From: Myxococcales bacterium
GTDB lineage: Bacteria; Myxococcota_A; UBA9042
Length of the DNA stretch: 64,000 nt
NCBI GenBank assembly: GCA_037441385.1
Contig: JBBISH010000002.1
Span: 1 to 64,000, forward strand
Direction: 5' to 3'
The notes beneath the pieces are model-generated. The model searched no databases and was not told where the DNA came from. It saw only the letters and a list, made by a program, of their open reading frames with translations. Shown piece by piece: positions 49,704 through 60,833 of this stretch. Position 1 is the stretch's first letter. Every line of letters begins with the position of its first letter. A program made the position numbers and the translations under genes.

Positions 49704-49786
49704 GATATCCTCAACTCAGCGGCGCGGCCTACACGGCCAACGCCTTATTCTCGTGTACGTATCAGTACTTCGACCAACTCCGGCGA

Positions 49787-50881
49787 CTACGCGGCGGCCG
49801 GCGGCGGCGGACGGTCGGGGTCAAAGCCCTCGACGCGCATGCCCAGCGACAGGCCCATCGTCTCCAAGATGTCCTTGATTTCCTTGAGCGACTTCCGACC
49901 AAAGTTCTTGGTCTTCAGCATCTCGCTCTCGGTCTTCTGCACCAGCTCGCCCACGCAGCGAATGTTGGCGTTCTGCAGGCAATTGGCCGAGCGCACGGAC
50001 AGCTCCAGCGACTCGATCGACTTCCACAGGTTCTCGTTCAGCGGGGCGATGTCGAGCACGCCGCCGTTGCCCTCTTCGAGCTCGGCGTCCTCTTCATCGT
50101 CAAAGCTGACGAAGACCTTGAGCTGGTCGCGCATGATCTTGGCCGCCACGCTGACCGCCGTCTCGGGGTCGATGGCGCCGTTGGTCCACACTTCCAGGGT
50201 CAGCTTGTCGTAGTCCGTGCGGTTTTCCACGCGGGCGTTGGTCACGCGGAAATTGACGCGGCGCACCGGCGTGAAGATCGCATCGATCGGCAGCAGGTCG
50301 ACCGGCGCATCCTCGGCCTCGTCGCGACTGGCGGGGATGTAGCCCACGCCTTCCTTGACGTTGAGCTCCATTTCCACCCGGCCACCCGGCTCCAGCGTCA
50401 TCAGGTGCAGGTCAGGGTTGAGCACGGTCAGGTGCGCGGGCACCTGCAGGGCACCGGCGGTGACCTTCAGGGGCAGCGAACCGGCCGGCGCTTCCGCGAC
50501 CAGCTGAATCAGCTCGGGGCCTTCGCCGTCCAGGCGCAGGTTGACTTCCTTCAGGTTCAGCACGATCTCGGTCACGTCCTCGACCACGTCGGGGAGCGCC
50601 TGGAATTCGTGCAGCGCCGACTGCATCTGCTCGACCATCCGGCGCTGGACCTTGCCCTTGCCGTTGTCGTCCTCGCGCACCACCTTGCCCAGCGCCGCCA
50701 TGCGCACGCCCGTGATCGCCGCACCGCGAATGCTCGACAACAGGACGCGCCGCAGGCTGTTGCCCAGGGTCTGGCCATAGCCGCGCTCCAGGGGCTCGAC
50801 CTGGAACTTGCCGTAGGTGTCGGTCAACTCGACGACTTCGAGCGCCTTGGGGCGAATCAGGTTCTTCCAATTCCGCTGCAT
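49787..50881 (-). CDS. rpoA: RNA polymerase alpha subunit (with insertion in NTD)
   Basis: Motifs [35 protein letters not shown] and NFGRKSL.EI. Confidence 0.98.
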   Translation of the reverse strand: MQRNWKNLIRPKALEVVELTDTYGKFQVEPLERGYGQTLGNSLRRVLLSSIRGAAITGVRMAALGKVVREDDNGKGKVQRRMVEQMQSALHEFQALPDVVEDVTEIVLNLKEVNLRLDGEGPELIQLVAEAPAGSLPLKVTAGALQVPAHLTVLNPDLHLMTLEPGGRVEMELNVKEGVGYIPASRDEAEDAPVDLLPIDAIFTPVRRVNFRVTNARVENRTDYDKLTLEVWTNGAIDPETAVSVAAKIMRDQLKVFVSFDDEEDAELEEGNGGVLDIAPLNENLWKSIESLELSVRSANCLQNANIRCVGELVQKTESEMLKTKNFGRKSLKEIKDILETMGLSLGMRVEGFDPDRPPPPAAA

Positions 50882-50983
50882 GGAATCTCCTCGCGTTCAT
50901 CGACCGACCGGGTCACCCGGCCAGCCAGTCAGCCAGCCCAAACGCCACATCGCGGGCGCCGGGCTGTGTTCGTCCCGAGTGGA

Positions 50984-51613
50984 CTACTTCGAGTACAACT
51001 CGACGATGAGCCGCTCTTCGATGGGCATGGTGATGTCGCCGCGGGTGGGCAGCGTCAGCAACTTGCCGGAGAGACCCTTGCGATCCAGCGTCAACCACGC
51101 CGGCACGCCGCGGCGGTCCACGGCCTCAACCGACTCGACGATGCGAGCGATCTCCTTGGACTTGTCCCGGATCTTGACCTCGTCGCCAGCACGGGCGACC
51201 AGCGACGGGATGTCGCAGGCCTTGCCGTTCAGCAGGACGTGGCCGTGGCGAACCAGCAGACGGGCCTCGGCGCGGCTGGTGGCAAAGCCCAGGCGGTACA
51301 CCACGTTGTCCAGACGACGCTCCAGGAACGCCAGCAGCAATTCGCCGGTCACGCCCTTGGCCGAACTGGCCTTCTCGTAGTAGCCGCGGAATTGCTTCTC
51401 TTGGATACCGTAGATGCGCTTGACCTTCTGCTTCTCGCGAAGCTGGCGGCCGTACTCCGAGATCTTGCCGTGGCGGGCCTGGCCGTGCTGGCCGGGGATG
51501 TAGTTGCGGCGCTCAACAGCGCACTTCTCGGTGTAGCAGCGCTCGCCCTTGAGGAACAGCTTCAAGCCTTCCCGGCGGCACAGACGACATGCGGGACCAA
51601 CGTAACGTGCCAT
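50984..51613 (-). CDS. rpsD: 30S ribosomal protein S4 (Zn-binding type)
   Basis: [15 protein letters not shown]....C and [11 protein letters not shown]. Confidence 0.98.
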   Translation of the reverse strand: MARYVGPACRLCRREGLKLFLKGERCYTEKCAVERRNYIPGQHGQARHGKISEYGRQLREKQKVKRIYGIQEKQFRGYYEKASSAKGVTGELLLAFLERRLDNVVYRLGFATSRAEARLLVRHGHVLLNGKACDIPSLVARAGDEVKIRDKSKEIARIVESVEAVDRRGVPAWLTLDRKGLSGKLLTLPTRGDITMPIEERLIVELYSK

Positions 51614-51855
51614 GTTCGCTCCAAATACTCGGTCGCCACGCCCCAGTGAACTTGCACTGTCCGGTGGCCTTGGCCGAGGGCTGGGTTCGGGCACCTGCGC
51701 CGGATCTGGCGGCAGGCTTGGTCTTGTCCGGGTTTGCCCTGGGCGGCCGCTTCAGGCGCGCGTAGGCAAGGGACTGCGGACCAATTCAAGCCCTGGGTAA
51801 AGCACTGCTTGCCCCGCCTTCGCCCATGGAAGGCGCGGTGCGAGCTGCGCAGGGA

Positions 51856-52266
51856 CTAGACGCGGCGGCGCTTGGGCGGCCGGCAGCCGTTGTGGGGCAC
51901 CGGCGTAACGTCGCGAATGGTGGTGACGCGCAGGCCGGCGTTGGTCAGCGCGCGCAGAGCGGCTTCGCGACCGGTGCCCGGGCCCTTGACCAACACCGAA
52001 ACCGTCTTGACGCCGTGCTCCTGAGCGCGCTTGACCGCGTCTTCGGCCGACATCTGCGCGGCGAACGGGGTCGACTTGCGCGAACCCTTGAAGCCACGGC
52101 GTCCGCACGACGACCAGGACAGCGTATTGCCGGCCACGTCGGTGACGGTGACGATGGTGTTGTTGAAGGTCGAGGCGATGTGCACCACGCCGGTCTGCAC
52201 GTTCTTCTTGACGCGCTTCTTGGCGCGCGCGGCCGCCGCCTTGCTCTGCTGGTTTCCACTAGCCAT
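51856..52266 (-). CDS. rpsK: 30S ribosomal protein S11
   Basis: Motifs STFNNT, KSTPFAA and [12 protein letters not shown]. Confidence 0.98.
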   Translation of the reverse strand: MASGNQQSKAAAARAKKRVKKNVQTGVVHIASTFNNTIVTVTDVAGNTLSWSSCGRRGFKGSRKSTPFAAQMSAEDAVKRAQEHGVKTVSVLVKGPGTGREAALRALTNAGLRVTTIRDVTPVPHNGCRPPKRRRV

Positions 52267-52312
52267 TCTGATCCTACCCTGGCCCAGTTACGCACTGGGC
52301 CCCGAAAAGCGC

Positions 52313-52678
52313 CTACTTCTTCTTGATGGCGGTGCGACGCGGGCCCTTGCGGGTGCGCGCGTTGGTGTGGGTGCGCTGGCCGCGGACCGGCAGGCCCTTG
52401 CGGTGACGCAGGCCACGGTAGCAGCCCAGGTCCATCAGCCGCTTGATGTCCAGCGCCACTTGGCGGCGCAGATCACCTTCGACCTTGTACTGATTTTCGA
52501 GCACGTCACGGATGCGGACGATGTCGACTTCAGTCAACTCGTCGGCCTTGCGCCCCAGGGGAACGCCAGCCTTGTTGCACACATCCACGGCAACCTTGGG
52601 ACCCACGCCGTAGATCGACCGAAGGGCGATCTCGATGCGCTTGTTGCGGGGCAGGTCCACACCTGCGATACGGGCCAT
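52313..52678 (-). CDS. rpsM: 30S ribosomal protein S13
   Basis: [10 protein letters not shown] and [17 protein letters not shown]. Confidence 0.98.
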   Translation of the reverse strand: MARIAGVDLPRNKRIEIALRSIYGVGPKVAVDVCNKAGVPLGRKADELTEVDIVRIRDVLENQYKVEGDLRRQVALDIKRLMDLGCYRGLRHRKGLPVRGQRTHTNARTRKGPRRTAIKKK

Positions 52679-52771
52679 GAGAACTCTCCACGTGCGCCAC
52701 CAGTTGGGCGGCAGTTACGCGACATCGAGCGACAGAAACCGGTTCGTCCGGCGATCGCCCTCGCGATCGAT

Positions 52772-52885
52772 TCAGCCCTGGCGCTGCTTGTGCTTGGGCG
52801 TGGTGCAAATGACGCGGATCACGCCACGGCGCTTGACGACACGGCACTGATCGCAGATCGGTTTGACGGATGCTCGCACTTTCAT
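52772..52885 (-). CDS. rpmJ: 50S ribosomal protein L36 (not in ORF track)
   Basis: Manual translation: [37 protein letters not shown]. Confidence 0.97.
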   Translation of the reverse strand: MKVRASVKPICDQCRVVKRRGVIRVICTTPKHKQRQG

Positions 52886-52942
52886 CGACTTACCTGTTCG
52901 TTGACGGCCCCAATCCGGTCTCGACCGACAAGGCCGGCCAGC

Positions 52943-52962
52943 GGGGCGCACTAGTATACACT
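52943..52962 (-). promoter_or_regulatory. Candidate -10 element and GC-rich discriminator upstream of rpmJ
   Basis: Minus strand AGTG-TATACT-AGTGCGCCCC; near-identical motif upstream of rplN. Confidence 0.55.
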
Positions 52963-53056
52963 TGGCGGCTGCGATTGGAAAGGCCCTTTTTGCCTCGCGT
53001 CGCCCATGACCGGCCGGGTTGCCCCGTTGGGTCGCCTGCCGCCGGCCCTACCGCTA

Positions 53057-53275
53057 CTACTTGGCGCGGTACGTAATGCGCCCGCGGGTCAGGTCGTAGG
53101 GGCTCAGCGCCACCTTGACCTTGTCGCCGGGCAGAATCCGGATGAAATGCATACGCATTTTGCCGGACACGTGGGCCAGCACTTTGTGGCCGTTCTCGAG
53201 CTGCACGCGGAACATCGCGTTCGGCAGGGGCTCGAGCACCGTCCCTTCTACTTCAATGGCGTCGTCCTTCGACAT
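53057..53275 (-). CDS. infA: Translation initiation factor IF-1
   Basis: Motifs [17 protein letters not shown] and SPYDL.RGRI. Confidence 0.98.
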   Translation of the reverse strand: MSKDDAIEVEGTVLEPLPNAMFRVQLENGHKVLAHVSGKMRMHFIRILPGDKVKVALSPYDLTRGRITYRAK

Positions 53276-53419
53276 TGCCGCTCCTGGGACGGACCCGCTC
53301 CCACTCCGTTCGCCCGCGCCGCACGGTCCTGCCGCAGCGCGATTACCTAGTCGTTTCGCTCTCTTCGAAACTCACCCCGGCGAACCTCCGCCGCGGCGAT
53401 CGACGCCTACCTACCTGTC

Positions 53420-54103
53420 CTAGCCGGCGTAGCCGTGGCGTTGCATCACCATCACCACGGACCGCATCACCTCGTCGGGCTTCTGCGTGCCGTCCACCCT
53501 TTCGATCATCGCGCCGTAGCGTTGCACCAGCGGCGAGGTCTGCAGCTCGAACGCGTCGAGCCGCTTGCGAATCGTCGCTTCGTGGTCGTCGCTACGGTGC
53601 ACCAACGCGCCCCCGCAACGATCGCAGATGCCCTCTACCTTGGGCGGCGCAAATTCCACGTGGTGGACGTTGCCGCAAGCCGGGCAGGTGCGCCGACCCG
53701 ACAGGCGCCGGACGATCGCGTCGCCCGGCACGTCGATGAACACCACCAAATCTGGCGCCAGACCGCGCTCTTGCAGCGCATCTGCCTGCGGAAGAGTGCG
53801 CGGGAAGCCATCCAGCATGAAGGCCGGCGTGCCGTCGGCGCTGCGGCAGTCGGGCTGCTGCACGCGCTCTTCGATCAGGCTGACCATCACGCTGTCGGGC
53901 ACCAACGCGCCCTTGTCCATGAAGGACTTGGCCAGCAGCCCCACCTCGGTGCCGGCCGCCGCCGCCGCGCGCAGCATGTCGCCGGTCGACAGGTGGCACA
54001 ATCCAAAGCGGTCCACCAAACCCTTGGCTACCGTACCCTTGCCTGCGCCAGGGGGACCCACCAAGATGATCTTCTGACTGCGCTTGCCTGCGGTGCCGCT
54101 CAT
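53420..54103 (-). CDS. adk: Adenylate kinase (Zn LID)
   Basis: Motifs GPPGAGKGT, STGDMLR, LDGFPRT and CPAC..CDRC. Confidence 0.97.
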   Translation of the reverse strand: MSGTAGKRSQKIILVGPPGAGKGTVAKGLVDRFGLCHLSTGDMLRAAAAAGTEVGLLAKSFMDKGALVPDSVMVSLIEERVQQPDCRSADGTPAFMLDGFPRTLPQADALQERGLAPDLVVFIDVPGDAIVRRLSGRRTCPACGNVHHVEFAPPKVEGICDRCGGALVHRSDDHEATIRKRLDAFELQTSPLVQRYGAMIERVDGTQKPDEVMRSVVMVMQRHGYAG

Positions 54104-54112
54104 GGTCCGCCT

Positions 54113-55447
54113 CTACATGATGTCGTCGGTGCGACGGCCGCGCACTCGCGGACCGCGCTCACCGCCGAAGCCTTCGTACGAGCGGGTGATCAAGTGGCTC
54201 TCGATCTGGCGGGCCGTGTCCATGGCGACGCCCACCACGATGAGGAGCGACGTGCCGCCAAAGTAGAACGGCACGTTGAAGTTCTGGGTCAAGAACGCGG
54301 GCAGCACGCACACCGCGCTGATGTAGATCGCGCCGCCAAACGTGATGCGCGAAAGAACCCGATCGATGTACTCGGCGGTCTTCTTGCCGGCGCGCACGCC
54401 CGGAACAAAGCCGCCACCTTTCTTGAGGTTGTCGGCCACGTCCACCGGGTTGAAGGTGACGGCGGTGTAGAAGTAGCAGAAGAACACGATCAGGGCCACG
54501 TACATGGCGTTGTAGAGCAGGTGACCCGGCGACAGGCTGTTGACCGCCGCCACCAGGACGCTGGCATTGGGGAAGAAGTTCGCCAGCGTCGCCGGGAACA
54601 TCAAGATCGACGAGGCGAAGATCGGCGGAATCACGCCGGCCGAGTTGACCTTCAGCGGCAGGTACGAGTTGGCGCCCTGGATGACCTGACGGCCGACCAC
54701 GCGCTTGGCATACTGAACCAGGATGCGGCGTTGCGCACTCTCGAAGTACACGATGATGGCGGTGACGGCGATGATGACCGCACCGATCATCAACAGGATC
54801 GGGATCGGAATTTGGCCGTTCTTGACGAGCTCGAAGGTCTGCTGCACGGCGCGCGGCAGGCCCGCCACGATACCGGCAAAGATGACCAGCGAGATGCCGT
54901 TGCCGATGCCGCGCTCGGTGATCTGCTCACCCAGCCACATGATGAAGGTCGTACCGGTGGTCAGCGAGAGCACGCAGAGGAAGCGGAAGCCCCAACCGCC
55001 GGTCGAAACCGCGCCGCCAAGCGCTTGCGAATTCACGCCTTCCAGCCAGATCGCCAAGGCGCCGCCCTGGATGATCGACAGCAGCACCGTGCCGTAGCGC
55101 GTCCACTGGTTGATCTTGCGGCGGCCGGCCTCGCCCTCTTTGTTCAGGCGCTCGACCGCCGGGACCACCACCGTCAGCAGCTGCAAAATGATGCTGGACG
55201 AGATGTAAGGCATGATGCCCAAGGCAAAGATCGAGATGTTCTGCAAGGCGCCGCCCGAGAACAGATCGAACATGCCCAGCAGACCGCTGCCGCCCCGAGT
55301 GTTCATGTAATCGGCCATGACCTGACGGTCAACGCCCGGCACGGTGACAAACACACCAATGCGGTACACCGCCAGCATGAGCAGCGAAAACAGAATACGT
55401 GCCTTGAGTTCTGGCACGCGGGCGATGTTGGCGACGACGTTCGCCAC
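54113..55447 (-). CDS. secY: Preprotein translocase subunit SecY
   Basis: Motifs [19 protein letters not shown] and [14 protein letters not shown] start with AGGAGG RBS. Confidence 0.98.
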   Translation of the reverse strand: MANVVANIARVPELKARILFSLLMLAVYRIGVFVTVPGVDRQVMADYMNTRGGSGLLGMFDLFSGGALQNISIFALGIMPYISSSIILQLLTVVVPAVERLNKEGEAGRRKINQWTRYGTVLLSIIQGGALAIWLEGVNSQALGGAVSTGGWGFRFLCVLSLTTGTTFIMWLGEQITERGIGNGISLVIFAGIVAGLPRAVQQTFELVKNGQIPIPILLMIGAVIIAVTAIIVYFESAQRRILVQYAKRVVGRQVIQGANSYLPLKVNSAGVIPPIFASSILMFPATLANFFPNASVLVAAVNSLSPGHLLYNAMYVALIVFFCYFYTAVTFNPVDVADNLKKGGGFVPGVRAGKKTAEYIDRVLSRITFGGAIYISAVCVLPAFLTQNFNVPFYFGGTSLLIVVGVAMDTARQIESHLITRSYEGFGGERGPRVRGRRTDDIM

Positions 55448-55694
55448 GGGGTACCTCCTGCGTTCAGGTCCGGCGTCGCGACGGGTGGTTGTACCCGCTC
55501 TGCCCTGACGAATCAGCTAGCCGCTGTTCAGGGCCACTTCGCCGCACCGCGTACTGGCTCATCCGCGTACCGGCTGGGCCGTGTGACGCTCCCCGGAGTC
55601 GTGCCTGTGGCCGGCCGGGGTGGCGCCGCTGCGCCCGTGGGTGAGCCGGTCGACCTTGGGCCAGGCTGAGCCCGCCCTGGCCGCCCGCCCACCG

Positions 55695-56141
55695 TTAGCC
55701 GATGGCTTCGGCCTTGCCGCCGGCGGCCGCGATCTTGTCCGACGCCGACTGGCTGAACTTGCTCGCGACCACGGTCAGCGCACGGTCCAGCTCGCCGTCG
55801 CCCAGGATCTTGACGCCGTCCCAGCGGCCGCGGACCAGGCCCACGGTGCGCAGAGCGGCTTCGTCGACGCGCGCGCCGGCTTCGAAGATCACCAGATCGC
55901 CCACGTTGACCGAGGCCAAGTGAGTGCGGAAGATGTTGGTGAAGCCGATCTTGGGCAGACGGCGCTGGATCGGCATCTGGCCGCCCTCGAAGCCGTTGCC
56001 GACGTCGGGCGACTTGCGGGCCAGCTGACCCTTGTGACCGCGACCGGCCGTCTTACCCAGGCCCGACCCTGGGCCGCGACCCAGGCGCTTGGGGGCGCGA
56101 TTGGCACCGCGGGGGGCTTTGAGTTGGCTGAGCTCGTTCAT
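55695..56141 (-). CDS. rplO: 50S ribosomal protein L15
   Basis: GRGPGSGLGKTAGRGHKGQ and FEGGQMP..RRLPK. Confidence 0.98.
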   Translation of the reverse strand: MNELSQLKAPRGANRAPKRLGRGPGSGLGKTAGRGHKGQLARKSPDVGNGFEGGQMPIQRRLPKIGFTNIFRTHLASVNVGDLVIFEAGARVDEAALRTVGLVRGRWDGVKILGDGELDRALTVVASKFSQSASDKIAAAGGKAEAIG

Positions 56142-56389
56142 CGTATCCTCTCAAACTAACGTACGATCGTGCGTACTTTGACTTGTCGCCCACTCCAGCA
56201 GCCTGCCGGTCGCCGGTGCGAGCACCCCCAGGGCCTTTCGGCGAGCCGACTTGACGACTCGACCGTCTGGGTGCGGGGCCGGAGCTGGACGCCGAGCCAG
56301 GCTTTGCGCCGGGCCGGGCAGTGTGCCGCGGTGCGCGGTGGGCCCAGAGTTGCCTCGCACGACCGCGGCCATGAACCGCGGGGTGCGAG

Positions 56390-56418
56390 AGTATAGGGAC
56401 AGCAGCCCTGCGAGGCAA
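56390..56418 (-). promoter_or_regulatory. Candidate sigma70 promoter inside the spc operon, upstream of rplO
   Basis: Minus strand TTGCCT-N17-TATACT followed by CTCGCACCCC. Confidence 0.65.
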
Positions 56419-56491
56419 GGCGGCGTGGTCGGCAATCCAACGTGGCGTACGGCGGCCGGTGCCGGGCACCGACTTTCGCTCGCCACGCCGA

Positions 56492-57061
56492 CTAGCCGCG
56501 GATCTCTTCGACCGACTTGCCGCGGCGGCTGGCCACGACTTCGACCGTGCGCAGCTGCTTCAGAGCATCCAGCGTCGCCCGCACCACGTTGTGCGGGTTG
56601 TTGCTGCCGATGCACTTGGTCACCACGTCGCGCACGCCGGCCTGCTCCAGCACTGCACGGACGGGACCACCGGCGATGACGCCAGTACCTTTGCCGGCGG
56701 GCTTGAGCAGCACTTCGCCCGCGCCGTAGTGGCCGATGGCATCGTGCGGAATGGTGCCCTTGACCAGCGGCACCAGGAACATGCTCTTCTTGGCCTGATC
56801 GGTGCCCTTGCGCACGGCCTCGGGAACTTCCGACGCCTTGCCCATGCCGATACCGATGCTGCCCTTGCCGTCGCCGACGACGATCAGCGCGGAGAACGAG
56901 AACCGACGACCACCCTTGACCACCTTGGCGGTGCGGTTGACGGCGATCGTGGCGCTGCCGAATTCGTCCCGCTCGGCCTCGCGCGGCTCGCGGCGCGGCT
57001 GACGGTTCTCACGCTGACCGCGACCCTGATCGCGACCCGTATTGGTATTCTCAGCAGCCAT
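56492..57061 (-). CDS. rpsE: 30S ribosomal protein S5
   Basis: [15 protein letters not shown] and GTGVIAGG. Confidence 0.98.
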   Translation of the reverse strand: MAAENTNTGRDQGRGQRENRQPRREPREAERDEFGSATIAVNRTAKVVKGGRRFSFSALIVVGDGKGSIGIGMGKASEVPEAVRKGTDQAKKSMFLVPLVKGTIPHDAIGHYGAGEVLLKPAGKGTGVIAGGPVRAVLEQAGVRDVVTKCIGSNNPHNVVRATLDALKQLRTVEVVASRRGKSVEEIRG

Positions 57062-57064
57062 GCC

Positions 57065-57469
57065 TTACTCCTGCGTCTCGCCGGCGCTCGCGCCGCTCTG
57101 GTAGCCTTCCTTGCTCAACAAGCCCATTTCGTGGGCGATCTTCGACACCGCAGCGACGCGGCCGGTGTAGCGGAAGCCGTTGCGGTCGAACACCAGCTTG
57201 GTCAAGCCCTTGGCCAACGCGCGCTCGGCGGCCAACTTGCCCACGGCGATAGCCGCGGCGGTCTTGTCGCCTTCCAGGTTGCGCAGCGCCGGCTCGACGG
57301 TCGACGCCGAAGCCAGCGTGGTGCCGCTCTCGTCGTCGATGATCTGCACGTAGATGTGCTTGGCCGAACGGAAAACCGACATGCGCGGCCGCTCGGCGGT
57401 GCCTTTGAGGGTGTAGCGCTGGCGGACCTTGCGGTGCTCGCGCGCCTCTGTGTACTTCTTGATCAGCAT
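57065..57469 (-). CDS. rplR: 50S ribosomal protein L18
   Basis: RPR.SVFRS.KHIY.Q and VFDRNGF.Y.GRV. Confidence 0.97.
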   Translation of the reverse strand: MLIKKYTEAREHRKVRQRYTLKGTAERPRMSVFRSAKHIYVQIIDDESGTTLASASTVEPALRNLEGDKTAAAIAVGKLAAERALAKGLTKLVFDRNGFRYTGRVAAVSKIAHEMGLLSKEGYQSGASAGETQE

Positions 57470-57594
57470 TGTATTTCCTCAGCTGCGGCTCCCCTTGCAG
57501 GCGGCGCAGTGGGCGGGACCACGCCGGAGACCTGGCGAACCAGGACTCGATGCCGCGATGCGACGAGTCGGGCTGCAACCGCTGCAGCCGCCGA

Positions 57595-58167
57595 CTACTT
57601 CTTCTTGCCGCCCTTACCACCGGACTTGCCGGCCTTCTGACGAACCTTCTCGTCGCTGTAGCGGATGCCCTTGCCCTTGTAGGGCTCAGGGGTGCGCAGC
57701 GCGCGAATGTTGGCCGCCGTCTGACCCAGTAGCTCCTTGTCGATCGAGGTCAGCTCGATGTGCGTGCCCTTGTCGAGCTTGCACTGGACCGCGGCCGGCA
57801 GGACGTAGTTGACCTGGTGCGAGTAGCCGATCGAGAACTTGAGGGCCTGGCCCACCAGTTCAACCTTGAAGCCGACGCCCAGCACATCCAGCTCGCGCTT
57901 GTAGCCAGCCGTCACGCCCTGGACCATGTTGCGGAACAGGTTGCGGCCCAGCCCGTGCAGCGCCTTGCCCGTGCGGGTCTGCTCGGTGGGGTGCACCACC
58001 ACTTGGCCCTGCTGCTGCTCAAAAGTCACACCCTTGAAGGTGCGCTCGAGCTTGCCGAGCGGGCCCTGAACTGCGACCACGTCGCCCTTGACGGTCACGG
58101 TCACTTTGGCGGGAATCTGCACCGGGGCCTTGCCCACGCGCGACAAAACGATCTTCTCTTCTGCCAT
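57595..58167 (-). CDS. rplF: 50S ribosomal protein L6
   Basis: Motifs SRVGK.P, GYSH and PEPYKGKGIRY. Confidence 0.98.
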   Translation of the reverse strand: MAEEKIVLSRVGKAPVQIPAKVTVTVKGDVVAVQGPLGKLERTFKGVTFEQQQGQVVVHPTEQTRTGKALHGLGRNLFRNMVQGVTAGYKRELDVLGVGFKVELVGQALKFSIGYSHQVNYVLPAAVQCKLDKGTHIELTSIDKELLGQTAANIRALRTPEPYKGKGIRYSDEKVRQKAGKSGGKGGKKK

Positions 58168-58345
58168 CACACCCTCGGGCCCCTATGATCCGCTGCACCG
58201 CCCTGGGTGCGGGATTCGGCTGGCCAAAACGACCTCGCGCGGCTTCGCGTCTGGTCCAGTCTCACTACAACTCGACCTTAGGGCCCACCCAGCGAGCGGA
58301 TCGCCAGGGCCGCGGCCGACTAACCGTGCACGGGTCGCCGTCGAC

Positions 58346-58744
58346 TTACCAAACGGTGCACAGCAACTCGCCGCCCAGCTTGGACTGGCGAGCCTTGGCG
58401 CCCGTCATCACGCCGCCCGAAGTCGACAGGATGGCGATGCCCATGCCGTTCTTGACGCGCGGGATCTCGGTGACGCCCACGTACTTGCGCTGACCAGGCC
58501 GCGACACGCGCTTGAGGCCCGAGATGGCGCTCGAGCGGTCGGCGCAGTAGCGCAGCGTGATGTTCAGCTTGCCCTGCAGATCGTCGCTGCTCTCGGCGAC
58601 TTCCGTCACATAGCCTTCGTCCTTCAGGATGTTGGCCAGCGAACGAATCATGTTCGAAGCGGGCACGCTCACTTCGCTGTGGCGAGCCATCAGAGCGTTG
58701 CGAACGCGGGACAGGAAGTCGGCAATCGGGTCGGTGGTCGACAT
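58346..58744 (-). CDS. rpsH: 30S ribosomal protein S8
   Basis: Motifs DPIAD.L.R.RNA, SRPG.R.Y and GGELLC.VW. Confidence 0.98.
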   Translation of the reverse strand: MSTTDPIADFLSRVRNALMARHSEVSVPASNMIRSLANILKDEGYVTEVAESSDDLQGKLNITLRYCADRSSAISGLKRVSRPGQRKYVGVTEIPRVKNGMGIAILSTSGGVMTGAKARQSKLGGELLCTVW

Positions 58745-58876
58745 GGTCGGTTCTCTCGCGGCACCCTTTGCGCTGGGGGCCATTGGGCACCCCGTGCTGT
58801 GGGGGCCATTAGGTTTCTCTTGCAAGTTCGCCCACAAAGGGGCTGTTCACGCGATGCGGGCGACGGCAGTTGCCGA

Positions 58877-59062
58877 CTACCACGAAGCCTTGGTCACACC
58901 CGGCAGCTCGCCGCGCACGGCCAGCTGGCGGAAGCAGATACGGCACAGCGCGAACTTGCGCATGAACGCCTTGGGGCGGCCGCAGCGGTGGCAACGATTG
59001 TGCACGCGCACCGTGAACTTGGGAGCGCGCTGCGAGGCAATGATTTTCGAGGTCTTGGCCAT
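58877..59062 (-). CDS. rpsN: 30S ribosomal protein S14 type Z
   Basis: 61 aa; RC.RCGR...LCRICFR and PGV.KASW. Confidence 0.97.
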   Translation of the reverse strand: MAKTSKIIASQRAPKFTVRVHNRCHRCGRPKAFMRKFALCRICFRQLAVRGELPGVTKASW

Positions 59063-59168
59063 GATCTTCTACCTGTTCCGGTCCGCGAGGACCGCGTCGT
59101 TTCCGCTCGCCCGCTTGGGCGCAGCCTTGAGTCGCCCGCCAGGGCGCAACCGTGTGCTGCCAGCCCGC

Positions 59169-59726
59169 CTACTTGCGGAAGGGCATGCCCATCGCGGTGA
59201 GCAGCGCCCGGCTCTCGCCGTCGGTCCTCGCCGTGGTCACCATGGTGATGTTCATGCCGCGGATCTTGTCCACCGCGTCGTAGCTGATCTCGGGGAAGAT
59301 GATCTGCTCTTTCAGGCCCATGGTGAAGTTGCCGCGGCCGTCGAAGCCTTTGGCGCTCACACCGCGGAAGTCGCGCACGCGCGGCAGCGCGGCCGAGATC
59401 AAGCGGTCCAGGAATTCCCACATGCGATCACGGCGCAGGGTGACCTTGACGCCGATCTGCTGGCCTTCGCGCAGCTTGAAGTTGGCGATCGACTTGCGAG
59501 CGCGGGTGACCACGGGCTTCTGACCCGACAGAGCCGCCAGCTGCTCCACGGCGCGGTCGACGATCTTCGGGTTCTGCGCGGCCTCGCCCAGGCCGAAGTT
59601 GATGACCACCTTCTGCAGGCGGGGCACCATCATGGCGTTGCTGTAGGCGAACTCTTTGGTCAGAGCCGCCACGATTTCGTTCTTGTACTTCTCCGCCAGG
59701 CGAGGCGCGTTGGGACGAGAGGCCAT
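59169..59726 (-). CDS. rplE: 50S ribosomal protein L5
   Basis: Motifs [26 protein letters not shown] and IFPEI. Confidence 0.98.
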   Translation of the reverse strand: MASRPNAPRLAEKYKNEIVAALTKEFAYSNAMMVPRLQKVVINFGLGEAAQNPKIVDRAVEQLAALSGQKPVVTRARKSIANFKLREGQQIGVKVTLRRDRMWEFLDRLISAALPRVRDFRGVSAKGFDGRGNFTMGLKEQIIFPEISYDAVDKIRGMNITMVTTARTDGESRALLTAMGMPFRK

Positions 59727-59911
59727 GCTGTGTTCCGTACCAAGCTGGTACGGCTCCTTGTGCGGCCGCGCGATCGGCAAGATCGGCAGGCCATTTGGGC
59801 GCCCAGGGCAGCGAGTCCTGTTGAAGACTCGGGGCGCGCATCGCTCCAGCCCGCACCGGCGCACTTGGCCGGCGTCTTACGCACTGGTCGATGGCCAATT
59901 CGTGGCCGGCC

Positions 59912-60241
59912 TTACGCCGGGTCGAGCTGCTCGCCGGTCTTGTGAACCACGCGGACCTTCTTGGGACCGTCGGCCGTCTCGATGGTCTTGAAGCCGACGC
60001 GCACCGGCTTGCCGGTGGTGGGGCTGACCAGGGCGACGTTGCTGATGTGCAGCGGCGCTTCCTTCTCGATGATGCCGCTCGGCTCGTTCTGGCGACGCGC
60101 CTTTTGGTGGCGCTTGATCATGTTGATCTTCTCGACCACGACCTTCTCGCCGTCCTTGGCCATGCGCAGGACCTTGCCGGACTTGCCGACGTCCTTGCCC
60201 GCCAAAACCTGAACCGTGTCGCCCTTGCGAATCTTACTCAT
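59912..60241 (-). CDS. rplX: 50S ribosomal protein L24
   Basis: KGD.V.V.AGKD.GK and EAPLHISNV. Confidence 0.97.
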   Translation of the reverse strand: MSKIRKGDTVQVLAGKDVGKSGKVLRMAKDGEKVVVEKINMIKRHQKARRQNEPSGIIEKEAPLHISNVALVSPTTGKPVRVGFKTIETADGPKKVRVVHKTGEQLDPA

Positions 60242-60350
60242 CAAAGCACCCTTCTCAGCACCGCTTGCGAATCAACGTCTTGCCGGCCTCTGGCCCGCGC
60301 GCCGCACCGCATTCACGGCAAAAAACCTTAGCGTTCCCGCCACCTGGCGA

Positions 60351-60719
60351 TTACAGGACCTCGGGAGCCAGCGAAACGATCTTCGAGAACCGCTTGGCGC
60401 GGAGCTCGCGGGCCACGGGCCCAAAGATACGCGTGCCGACTGGCTCTTTCTGGTTGTTGATGACCACGGCGGCGTTGCCATCGAACTTGATGTACGAGCC
60501 GTCCTCGCGGCCAATTTCCTTGGCGGTACGGACGATCACGGCCTTGACCACGTCGCCCTTCTTCACCTTGGACTTGGGCAGCGCTTCGCGAACGGAGCAG
60601 ACGATGATGTCGCCGATCGACGCGTACTTGCGCTTGCTGCCACCGAGCACCTTGATGCAACGCAGCTGCTTGGCGCCCGAGTTGTCTGCCACCGTCAGGT
60701 AGCTTTCTTGCTGAATCAT
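60351..60719 (-). CDS. rplN: 50S ribosomal protein L14
   Basis: Motifs [27 protein letters not shown] and SLAPEVL. Confidence 0.98.
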   Translation of the reverse strand: MIQQESYLTVADNSGAKQLRCIKVLGGSKRKYASIGDIIVCSVREALPKSKVKKGDVVKAVIVRTAKEIGREDGSYIKFDGNAAVVINNQKEPVGTRIFGPVARELRAKRFSKIVSLAPEVL

Positions 60720-60813
60720 CGCAATCTCCTTGCCGTTCTTGACGGGCTGGCCTCTGCGGGCCACCGGTCACGGCCTTTCGCGCCGCGCCCCGGCAGGCCG
60801 ACTAGCGGACCCC

Positions 60814-60833
60814 GGGGCGCAGTAGTGTACACT
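60814..60833 (-). promoter_or_regulatory. Candidate spc-operon -10 element and discriminator
   Basis: Minus strand AGTG-TACACT-ACTGCGCCCC, matching the rpmJ upstream motif. Confidence 0.5.

Noticed and set aside
56151..56440. Short minus-strand ORFs as a degenerate rpmD
   Set aside because: Only a vague HRGTL resemblance; no LGL or RGM motifs, and the composition is not L30-like.
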